From an uncultured Acidobacteriota bacterium (lineage in GTDB: Bacteria; Acidobacteriota; Thermoanaerobaculia; Multivoradales; UBA5704): a stretch of 64,000 nucleotides of DNA. Of this stretch, positions 1-10,500 are shown piece by piece (the first letter of the stretch is position 1; each line of letters opens with the position of its first letter). The position numbers and the translations under genes are program-made. A model generated the notes under the pieces. It was not told where the DNA came from. It searched no databases and worked only from the letters and a program-made list of their open reading frames with translations. The DNA lies in the NCBI GenBank assembly GCA_963770895.1, contig CAVYRF010000001.1, positions 1,312,001 to 1,376,000 of the forward strand, read 5' to 3'.

Positions 1-609
1 CAGGTCGGCTACACGCCGACGCTGGGCGTCGCCTACGGCGGCATCTGGGGCGAAAACTACTGGTACGACAAGACGCGGGTGTGGGAGGACGAGCGCCTGC
101 TGGCCTTCGTGCCGCGCGAGATCATCGACCAGCGGGCGCGCCGCCGGGTGACCGCGCCGATCGAGGAGTACAACCACTTCAATGCCGCGCGCAACGCCCG
201 CGCTCTGGGAAGTGCCGGCGTCAAGGTCAACCTCGGCGCCCACGGCCAGCGCGAAGGGCTGGCCGCCCACTGGGAAATGTGGATGCTGGTCGACGGCCAC
301 ATGACGCCCCACGAAGCGCTGCGCTGCGCCACCCTCAACGGCGCCCACTACCTGGGCATGGACCGCGACCTGGGCAGCCTCGAGCCCGGCAAGTTGGCGG
401 ACCTGGTGGTGCTGGACGCCAACCCCCTGGACGACATCCACAACACCAAGTCGCTGCGCTGGGTCATCCAGAACGGCCGCATCTACGATTCGATGACCCT
501 GGACCAGCTGGGCAACCATCCCAAAAAGCGCGACCCCTTCTTCTGGCAGCTGCCGCGCCCGGCCTTCAGCCCCACCCCCTCCGGCCACCCCCAGGCCCTC
601 GACGACTGA
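1..609 (+). CDS. Amidohydrolase family protein, C-terminal part (5' end outside window)
   Basis: Frame is open from base 1 ([14 protein letters not shown]...). Motifs GAHGQ..G, ATLNGA..LG and [19 protein letters not shown] are typical of the amidohydrolase C-terminus. Confidence 0.85.
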   Translation, partial: QVGYTPTLGVAYGGIWGENYWYDKTRVWEDERLLAFVPREIIDQRARRRVTAPIEEYNHFNAARNARALGSAGVKVNLGAHGQREGLAAHWEMWMLVDGHMTPHEALRCATLNGAHYLGMDRDLGSLEPGKLADLVVLDANPLDDIHNTKSLRWVIQNGRIYDSMTLDQLGNHPKKRDPFFWQLPRPAFSPTPSGHPQALDD

Positions 610-702
610 CCCCGAGCTCCCGGCGCCGGCCCGCGGCCGCCCGCCGTACTGCGGGGACCGCGGGCGCCGCGCTGGGGGCCGGCCGCCGGGGCAGCGGCAG
701 CG

Positions 703-921
703 TCAGGGTTCGCGGTGCGGCGGCGGTGCAACCAGGTGCCCGAACTGGCGCTCCAGCAGGGCCAGCATCTGCAGGAGCCACCGCACGCGCTGGTCCGGCG
801 TCAACGCCGCGAAGCGCGCCCGGTCCTCGTCCGTCGGCGTCGCAACCGGCCGCGGAAACGGCCAGTGGCTCTCGGGAGTCCCCCAGGTTTGCTCAGGCAA
901 GGCGTTCCAGCTCCCGCACAT
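703..921 (-). CDS. Small hypothetical protein, partner of the adjacent nucleotidyltransferase (start uncertain)
   Basis: Overlaps the NTase stop codon. Contains 'FAALTPDQRVRWL', similar to LTPxxR small proteins found beside such NTases. Confidence 0.5.
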   Translation of the reverse strand: MCGSWNALPEQTWGTPESHWPFPRPVATPTDEDRARFAALTPDQRVRWLLQMLALLERQFGHLVAPPPHREP

Positions 922-1366
922 CCACCAGGTCCTTTTCCCGGCCAGCCGCGCGCTTGAGGCGGATCAGCTCCTCCCGTCGCAGGACCGGCACCTTGAGCCC
1001 GAACAGCTCAACCTCCTGGCACGCCGCAAGCGAGTTGCTGAAGCCTGCGCCCACCAGCAGATCCACGATGACGAACGGGTGGGTGGAGTGCACCCAGGAG
1101 AGCGCCTGCATGTTCTTTTCCAGGGCGAGAGCGGCAAGCCGCTCGGCCGAAACACCTTCCTGCTTCCGCAGCGGCTGCTGGGTGACGAACCCCAGACCCT
1201 GGAGGGTGTCCCACACACGGAGCAGGTTCTGGTCGCTCATCTCGACGACCAGGTCGAGATCCAGCGTGACCCGCACCACGCCGTGCGCCAGGCAGGCAAA
1301 GCCGCCGGCGACGGCAAAGCGGGCACCGCTGCTGGTGAGAGCCTGCAGGACGTCGGTGTAGTCCAT
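893..1366 (-). CDS. Nucleotidyltransferase (DUF6036-like, minimal NTase fold)
   Basis: VAGGFA..HG..R.T.DLD motif and C-terminal 'LI.LK.AAGR.KD..DV..L'. Confidence 0.8.
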   Translation of the reverse strand: MDYTDVLQALTSSGARFAVAGGFACLAHGVVRVTLDLDLVVEMSDQNLLRVWDTLQGLGFVTQQPLRKQEGVSAERLAALALEKNMQALSWVHSTHPFVIVDLLVGAGFSNSLAACQEVELFGLKVPVLRREELIRLKRAAGREKDLVDVRELERLA

Positions 1367-1595
1367 GGCGTCATGCTACTTGAAGATCGCGGAGGCGAAC
1401 GGGCTGGGGCGCGGGGCGGTGAGCGCGCCGAGTGGATGGCGGCCGCGGTGGCGTGGGTTGGGATGCCTCAAGATTTGACTCCTGGGGCGTGAAATCCGCC
1501 CTGTTGGCGGGCGGGGTGTGTCGGGTACCATCGCGTATTCCGCAAAACGCCAGCGCCAATGCGTCAATGCAGATGGAAGGGTCGCCCGAGAGACC

Positions 1596-4500
1596 ATGAG
1601 TGACGGGCTGTCCAGGGAGGATGCGGCGACGCCGTCGCGGCCGCCGTCGGAGGTGGACTGCGGCGTCGATGCGCGGCTGACGGCCTGTGTGCGCGGCGCG
1701 GTGGCGCGCGTCCTGGGCCTGGATGCGGCGCGGGTGCCGATGGAGCGGTCGCTGGTGGCGCTGGGCTTGGATTCGCTGGCCGCGGCGGAGCTGGCGGGGG
1801 CGATCGAGGAGGAGCTGGGGGTGGCGGTGCCGCTGGCCGGCCTGCTGGCCGGCGCGAGCCTGGCGGAGCTGGCCGCCCAGGTGCGACAGCTGTCGGTGCC
1901 TGTCGCTGCCGGCGGCGACGCGGCAGGGGTTGCGCCCTGGGAGCCGGCGGCCTTGGGCGAGGCGGCGGGCGGCGGGCCGCTGTCGTACGGTCAGCGGGCG
2001 ATCCTTGCCCTGGATCGGCTGGCGCCGGGCAATGCGGCCTACGTCATCGCCGGGGCGGCGTGGCTGGAGGGCGATCTGCCGGCGGCGCGGCTGCGGTGGG
2101 CGCTGTCGGCGCTGGTGGCGCGCCATGCGGCGCTGCGGGTCACCTTCGGCGAGCTGGACGGCGAGGGCGTGCAGACGGTGGCGCCCCAGGGCGGCGCCGA
2201 GTGGGTGGAGCAGGACGGCCAGGGCTGGGGTGCGGAGCGGCGGCAGGAGTGGCTGGCGCTCCAGGCGCACCGCTCGTTCGACCTGGCGCGCGGGCCGCTG
2301 TTGCGCCTGGCGCTGCTGCGGCTGGGCGCCGGCCCACCCTTGGCGGTGCTGGCGGTGCATCACCTGGTGGCGGACTTCCAGTCGCTGGCGGTGATGCTCG
2401 CGGAGCTGGGGGCGTTGGTGCACGGCCGGGAGCTGCCGGCGCCGCCGGGGTTGGGATACGCCGACTTCGTGCGCCGCGAGGCGGCATGGGTGGCGGGGGC
2501 GGCGGGCAATCTGCAGGCCGCGTACTGGCGCGAGCTGCTGGCGCGTGGGGCGCCGGCGCTGGCGCTGCCGGCCGATCGGCCGCGGCCGGCGCTGCCGACG
2601 TGGCGCGGCGGGTCCTGCGCGGTGCAGCTGGACGCGGCGGCGGGCCGCGCGCTGGAGGCGGCCGGGCGGGCGGCGGGTGCGACGCCGTTCATGACGCTGC
2701 TGGCGGTGTTCCAGACGCTGCTCCACCGTCTCAGCGGACAGGACCACGTCTGGGTGGGGACGCCGGCGGCGGGGCTCCGGGGAGCTGACTTCGCCGGGGT
2801 GGTGGGCTATTTCGTCAATCCGCTCGCGGTGCGCGGCGACCTGGCGGGGCGGCCGCGGTTCGAGCAGCTGCTGGGGCGCGTGCGCGAGGCGTCGGTCGCG
2901 GCCTTCGCCCACCAGGAGCTGCCCTTCGCGCTGGTGGCGGAGCAGCTGGCAGGTCCCCGCGATCCGAGCCGGCCGCCGATCTTTCAGGCCATGTTCGTGC
3001 TCTACCGCGAGCGTCAGGGCGAGTGCGGCATGGGTGCGCTGGCGCTCGGCCGGGAGGGCGCGGCGTGCACCCTGGGAGGCTTGGCGGTGCGGCCGGCGGC
3101 GCTGCCGCGCCGGGCGGCCCAGATGGACCTCACCCTGCAGGTGGCGCAGGTCGACGGCGCCCCGGCGGCGGCGCTGCAGTTCAACAGCGACCTGATCGAC
3201 GCGGCGACCGCCAGGCGCTGGGCGGAACAGTTGCGGGCGCTGCACGCCGGCGCCGCCGCCGATCCGTCGCGGCGGCTGGACGAGCTGCCGCTGCTGAGCC
3301 CGAGCGAGCGCCACCAGGTGTCGCTGGAGTGGAACGACACGGCCTCCGGGTTCGAAGGGTGGGGAGGGCCGGGGCAGCTGGAGGGGCAGCGGCAGGGGCG
3401 AGGCCGCCAGGGGCGGCAGCCGCTGGGCCGGGATCCAGGCCGGCGGCGCGAGGCTGCGGAGAGCTGCCTGCACGAGCTGGTCGAAGACCAGGTGCGGCGC
3501 ACCCCCGATGCGATCGCCGTGGCGGACGCGGAGGGGCGGTGCTTGAGCTTCGGCGCGCTCAACGCCGGCGCCAACCAGCTGGCGCGCCGGCTGCGGCGCT
3601 GGGGAGTGGGGCGCGAATCGGTGGTCGCGATCTGCGCCGAGCGTGCCGCCGCCGCGATGGTCGGCCTGATCGCCATCCTGAAAGCCGGCGGCGCCTACCT
3701 GCCGCTCGATCCCGGCTATCCCGCGGAACGCCTGCGCTTCATGCTGGAGGATTCCGGCGCCACGGTGCTCTTGGCGCAGCGCCGGCTCGCCGCGCGCCTG
3801 GGGGAGCCGCTGCCGGCGGCGCTGCGCACGCTGTGGCTCGACGACGTCGGCGCCGCGGGGGCCGGCGGCGCGGCCTGGCGGCGCGGCGCGGCGCGCAACC
3901 TGCCGGCGGCCGCGACGCCGGACAACCTGGCGTACGTGATCTACACGTCGGGCTCTACCGGGCGGCCCAAGGGGACGATGAACAGCCACCGCGGCATCGT
4001 CAACCGCCTGCTGTGGATGCAGCAGCGCTACGGCCTGGCGGGCGACGACCGGGTGCTGCAGAAGACGCCGTGGAGCTTCGACGTTTCGGTCTGGGAGCTG
4101 TTCTGGCCGCTGCTCACCGGCGCCCGCCTGGTGATGGCGCTGCCCGGCGCCCACGGCGATCCGGCCTACCTGCGGCGCGCCATCGCCGCCGAGGCGATCA
4201 CCACCCTGCACTTCGTGCCGGCGATGCTGGCGGCGTTCGTCGCCGCCCTGCCCGCCCCGTCCGGCGGCATGGCGCCCGGCGCGCCCTGTCCGGCCGCCGC
4301 CGGTGCGGCCACGGCGGCAGGATCGCCGGACCTGGCGACGCTGCGGCGGGTGATGGCGAGCGGCGAGGCGCTGCCTTACGAGCTGCAGCAGCAGCACGCT
4401 TGGGCGATCGGGGCGCCGCTGCACAATCTGTACGGGCCGACCGAGGCGGCGGTGGACGTGACCAGCTGGGCGACGGAGCCGGACGGCGCGCGCCGGCTGG

Positions 4501-7500
4501 CTGTGCCACCGGCCGTATCGGTGGTGCCGATCGGCCGGCCGGTGGCCAACACCTGGGTGCGCCTGCTGGGCGCCGCGGGCGAGGAAGTGCCGATCGGGGC
4601 GGCGGGGGAGCTGTGCATCGGCGGCGTCCAGGTGTGCCGCGGCTACCTGGGACGGCCCGGCCTGACGGCGGAGCGGTTCGTGCCCGACCTGGTGGGCATG
4701 GGCCGCGCCCGCGGCGGACGGCTCTACCGCACCGGCGACCTGGCGCGCCACCTGCCGGACGGCGCCATCGACTACCTGGGCCGCATCGACGGCCAGGTGA
4801 AGGTGCGCGGCTTCCGCGTGGAGCTGGGCGAGATCGAGGCGGCGCTGCGGTCGCATCCGGCGGTGGGCGGCGCCGCCGTGGCGCTGCGCGCCCTGTCGGC
4901 GGCAACGGGCGCGCCCGAAGCGCTGGTCGGCTACCTGACCGGCGATGCGGGCGGCGAGCGGCCGGACGGCGAGGCGCTGCGCGGCTTCCTGGCCGCACGG
5001 CTGCCGCACTTCATGCTGCCGGCGGCGTTTGTCTGGCTCGACCGGCTGCCGCTGTCGCCCGCCGGCAAGCTGGACCGCCGGGCGCTGCCACCGCCCCCGG
5101 CAGCCGGCCAAGCAGATGCGGCGACTTCTGCGGCCGCCGGCGGCCTGTCGGCACGGCTGCCGGCGACGCCGGCCGAAGAGTTGGTGGCGTCGCTGTTCGC
5201 GGAGCTGCTGGCCCTGCCGGCTGTCGGGCGCGACGACGACTTCTTTGCCCTGGGCGGCCATTCGCTGCTCGCCACCAGTCTGGTGTCGCGCCTGCGCCAG
5301 CGGCGCGGCGTCGAGCTGCCGCTGCGCCGCATCTTCGAAACCCGGACCGTGGCCGCGGTTGCGCGGCTGCTCGACCAGGCCATGGACGACGCGGCGGCTG
5401 CACGGGCGATGAACGGCACTGTGACCGTCCCAGCTACCGACGCCCCGCCATCTGACCTGCCGACCAGCGGCGCGGCTGGTGGCCCGGCGGTGGACAGCAC
5501 TGTGGCCGCCCCGGCTACCGACCCCGCGACGGCGGGCCGGCCGACGGGCGGCGCGGCGGCTCTCCTGGCGCCGCCGATCCTGCCGGTGCCGCGCGACCGG
5601 CCGCTGCCGCTGTCGTTTGCGCAGCAGCGGTTGTGGTTTCTCGACCGTCTGACGCCCGGCAGTCCCCTTTACAACCTGCCGCTGGCGCTGCGCCTCGACG
5701 GGCCGCTGGCGCCCGCCCGCCTGGCGGCGGCGCTGTCCGCCCTGGTCCGCCGCCACGAGGCGCTGCGCACCGTCTTTGCGCTCGGCGACGACGGCGAGCC
5801 GCGCCAGCGCGTCCTGGTCGCGGCGCCGGTGGCGCTGCCGGCCGTCGACCTTGGTGGTGTGGCGCCCGCCCGCCGCGACCCGCTGGCCGCCGCCCTGGTC
5901 GCGCAGCTGGCGCTGCGGCCGTTCGACCTGGCGCACGGCCCGCTGCTGCGCGCCTGGCTGCTGCGCCTCGACTCGCGCCGCCACGTCCTCATGCTCGCCT
6001 TGCACCACGTCGCCGGCGACGGCTGGTCCCTCGGGCTGATCGTGCAGGAGCTGCTGCACCTATACGCGGCGGCCGGTGACGGCGCTGCGGTCGCCGGGGA
6101 GCCGCTGCCCGATCTGCCGATCCAGTACGCCGATTTTGCGGTGTGGCAGCGGCAGTGGCTGCGCGGCGCGGCGCTCGACGCCCAGCTTGCCTACTGGCGG
6201 GGCCAGCTGGCGGGGGCGCCAGGGCAGATCGAGCTGCCGGCCGACCGGCCCCGGCCGGCGCTGCACAGCGGGCGCGGCGGGGCGCGGCCCTTCGCCTGCG
6301 ACGCCGCCTGCACGGCGGCGCTGCGGCGGCTGGCGCAGGCGGCTGGCGGCACCCTGTTCATGACGCTCGCGGCGGCATTCCAGCTGCTCCTGGCGCGCTT
6401 TGCGGGCCAGCTGGACGTGAGCGTGGGGGTGCCCATCGCCAACCGCACCCGCGGCGAGACCGAGGGGCTGGTCGGCATGTTCGTCAACACCCTGGTGCTG
6501 CGCACGCGGGTCGCGCCCGAGGCCGACTTCGCGGCGCTGCTGGCGAGCGTCCGCGAGACCATGCTGGCCGCCTACGCCAACCAGGACCTGCCGTTCGAGC
6601 GGCTGGTCGCCGAGCTGCAGCCCGAGCGCGTGCGCTCGCAGTCGCCGCTGTTCCAGGTGATGCTGGCGCTGCAGAACCCGATGGCGCTGCCGCCGCCCGC
6701 CGGCGGCCTGTCGCTGGGGCTGTTCGCGGCGCCTTCGACCGGCGCCAAGTTCGATCTCACGCTGGCGCTGCGCGAATCCAGCGCCGGGTTGGAAGGCTCG
6801 CTCGAATACAGCCGCGACCTCTACGATCCCGCCACCGCCGAGCGCCTGGCGGGCTGCTTCGGCCACCTGTTGCACGCGGCCGCCGGCGAGGCCGCGCCAG
6901 CCGCCGGCAAGGCCGCGAACGGCGCACCTCCGCCGCCAGGTCTGCCGGTTTTCGCTCTCGACCTGGCCGGCGCCGCGATGCGCCACCAGCTGCTCGCGGA
7001 ATGGGGAGCCGGGCCGGTGGTGCGGCGTCCCGCTGGCCGCCTGGAGCATCTGGTTGCCGAGCAGGTGCGGCGCACCCCCGCCGCGGTGGCGGTGGTGCAG
7101 GGCACGGAGGCCCTGAGCTTCGGCGAGCTGGACGCGCGGGCGGCGCGGCTCGCCGCCCGTTTGCGCGCGCTGGGGGTGGGCGCCGAGGTGCCGGTCGGCA
7201 TCTGCGCCGAGCGCTCGCCGGCGCTGGTCGTGGGCCTGCTCGCCATCCTCAAGGCCGGCGGCGCCTGGCTGCCGCTCGATCCCAGCTACCCCGCGGCACG
7301 TCTGGCCCTGATGGCCGACGATGCGCGGATCCCGGTGCTGCTGCACGACGCCGCCGGCGCCCGCATCGCCGGCCTTGCCCCCGGCGCCGTCCGCATCGAC
7401 CTGGCCGCCGCCGTCGCCGGCCGGTTCGCGCCCGGCGCCGGTGCGCCGGTGCCGGCACTCGCACCGGCGCCGGCGGACCTGGACAGCGCCGCCTACGTGA

Positions 7501-10500
7501 TCTACACGTCGGGTTCGACCGGCAAGCCCAAGGGGGTGGTGATCTCCCAGCGCGCCATCTGCAACCACATGCTGTGGATGCGGCGCGCCATGCCGATGGG
7601 CCTTGACGATGCCCTGCTGCAACGCACGCCGTACAGCTTCGACGCGTCGGTATGGGAATTCTTGCTGCCGCTCATCACCGGCGCGCGCATCGCCCTGATC
7701 GAGCCCGCGGCGCACGGCGACGCCGACCGCGTGCTGCAGGCGATCGCCGACCACCAGGTGACCCTGGTGCAGATGGTGCCGGCGCTGCTCGACGTGCTGC
7801 TGGAACGGCCGCGCCTGGCCGCACGCTGCGCCACCCTGCGCGTCCTGCTCTGCGGCGGCGAGCCGCTCACCGCGGAGCTGGCGCGCCGCTTCGGCCAACG
7901 CCTTGGCGGACCGGCCGGCGTGACGCTCTGGAACATGTACGGCCCCACCGAGGCCACCATCGAAGTGACCAGCTGGCACTGGCGGCCGGGCGACGAAAGC
8001 GAGCGCGGCGTGCCGATCGGGCGGCCGCTCGACAACGTGACGGTGGCGGTGCTGGACGCCACGGGGCGCCTGGCGCCGCCGGGGGCGGCGGGCGAGCTGG
8101 TCCTGGGGGGCCCCGGCGTCGCCCGCGGCTACCTGGGGCAGCCCGAGCGCACCGCCGAGCGGTTCGTGCCCGATCCCCTGGGCCGCCACCCCGGCGACCG
8201 CCTGTACCGTACCGGCGACCTGGTGCGGTTCCGCCCCGACGGCGGCGTCGAGTTCCTGGGCCGCGCCGACAACCAGGTGAAGCTGCGCGGCTTTCGCATC
8301 GAGCTGGGCGAGATCGAGGCCGCCCTGCGCGCGCAGCCCGGCGTCGAGCAGGCCGCGGTGCTGGTCGTGGCGGCGCCGGACCGGCGGCTGGTCGCCTGCG
8401 TCGCCGGCCCCGGCTCCGGCGGCGCCCCCATCGACCCGCTGGCCCTGCGCCGCGGGCTGCGCGAGCGCCTGCCGGAGCACATGGTTCCGGCCGCCTTCGC
8501 GGTGCTGCCGGCGCTGCCGCTGACCGTCCACGGCAAGCTCGACCGCCGCGCCCTGGAGCGGGTCGCAGCGGCCACGACGGCGGCGACCGCCGCGCCGCCG
8601 GCGACCCCTGAGGCCGGCGCCGGCGACGCGCCGCCGGCGCTCAGCCCCTACGAAGAGCTGGTCGCGGGGGTCTGGCAGCAGGTGCTGGGCGGCGCCCGGC
8701 CGCGGCCCGCGGACCACTTCTTCGAGCTGGGCGGCCACTCGCTGCTCGCCACCCAGCTGGTCTCGCGCCTGGGCGCGACGCTCGACGTCGACCTGCCGCT
8801 GGCGCGGGTTTTCGAGTCGCCGACCCTGGCGGGCCTTGCCGCGGCCGTGGCGGCGGCGCAAGGCCAGCCGGCGCGGGCGCCCATCCGCCGCGCGCCGCGG
8901 TGGCAGGGGGCGGCGCCGCTCTCCCATGCGCAGGAAGGGCTGTGGTTCCTGGATCGCCTGGAGCCCGGCCGGGGCACCTACAACATGCCGGTGGCGTACA
9001 CCGTCCTGGGCCACCTGGTGCCCGCCCGCTTCGACGCCGCGCTGAGCGAGATCGTGCGGCGCCACGAGATCCTGCGCACCCATTTCGTCGAGGCCGGCGA
9101 CCAGCCCCAGCAACGCGTCCTGCCGCCGTCGCGCGTGCGCCTGCCGCTGCTGGATCTGGGCGGGTTGCCCGCGGCGCGGCGCGCGCCCGAAGCGCTGCGC
9201 CTCGCAGGCGTTGAGGCGCGGCGGCCGTTCGACCTGGCGCGCGGTCCGCTGCTGCGCGGCGCCCTGCTGCGCGGCGCCGGAGCCGGCGCCGGCGAGCACG
9301 CGCTGGTGCTCAACCTGCACCACATCGTCGCCGACGGGTGGTCGGTGGCAGTGCTGGTCGAAGAGATGGACGTGCTCTACCGCGCTGCCCGCGCCGGCAC
9401 GCCAAGCCCGCTGCCCGAGCTGCCGATCCAGTACGGCGACGTCGCGCTCTGGCAGCGCCAGTGGCTGGACCAGCCGGAGCTGGATCGCCAGCTGGCCTGG
9501 TGGCGCCAGCGGCTGGCGGCGGCGCCGGCGGCGATCGAGCTGCCCACCGACCGGCCGCGGCCGGCGGCGCAGAGCTACCGCGGCGGCGGCGCCCAGCTGC
9601 TGCTCGATGCGCCGGCCGCGGCGCGCCTGGCGGCCTGCGGCAGGCGCCACGGTGCGACCCTGTTCATGACGCTCCTGGCCGGCTGCGCCGCCCTGCTCGC
9701 CCGCTGGAGCCGCCAGGACGAGGTGGTGGTGGGGACGCCGATCGCCAACCGCCACCACCCTGAAACCGAGCGGCTGATCGGCTTTTTCGTCAACACCCTG
9801 GCGCTGCGCTGCGACCTGACCGGCGATCCTTCGGCCGCCGAGCTGCTGGCCCGCGTGCGCGCGACGGCGCTAGCCGCCTATGCCCACCAGGACCTGCCCT
9901 TCGACCGCCTGGTGGCCGACCTGCGACCCCAGCGCCTGCTCGGTCAGAACCCCGTCTTCCAGGTGATGTGCGCGCTGCAGAACGCGCCGCGGGCGGAGGT
10001 GCGCCTGGCGGACCTGCGGCTGGTGCCGCTGGCGCTGCCGGCGCCCACCGCCAAGTTCGACCTGGCGCTGTCGTGGGAAGAGCGCGCCGGCGCCGGCGAA
10101 GGGGAAAGCGCCGGCGCCGGCGGCCCGCACCTGCTGGCCAGGCTTTCGTACGCCGCCGACCTGTTCGACGCCGCGACGATGGCGCGCCTGCTCGGCCAGC
10201 TGCGCCACCTGCTCGCCGGCCTGGTCGACCATCCCGACCGCCGGGTCGGCGAGCTGCCGCTCCTGGGTGCCGCCGAGCGCCACCAGCTGTTGTGCGAATG
10301 GAACCACTCGCCCTGGCGGGAGGGCGCCGCCGCGGGTGCCGCAGACCTGGTGCACTCGCCTTTCGAGCGCCGCGCGGCGCAGCAGCCGGACGCCACGGCC
10401 GTGGTCGCCGGCGACCGGAGCCTGTCCTATGGCCAGCTGGCGACGCAAGCGCGCACCGTGGCGCGCCGGCTGCGCGCGCTGGGGGTGGGAAGCGAAAGCC

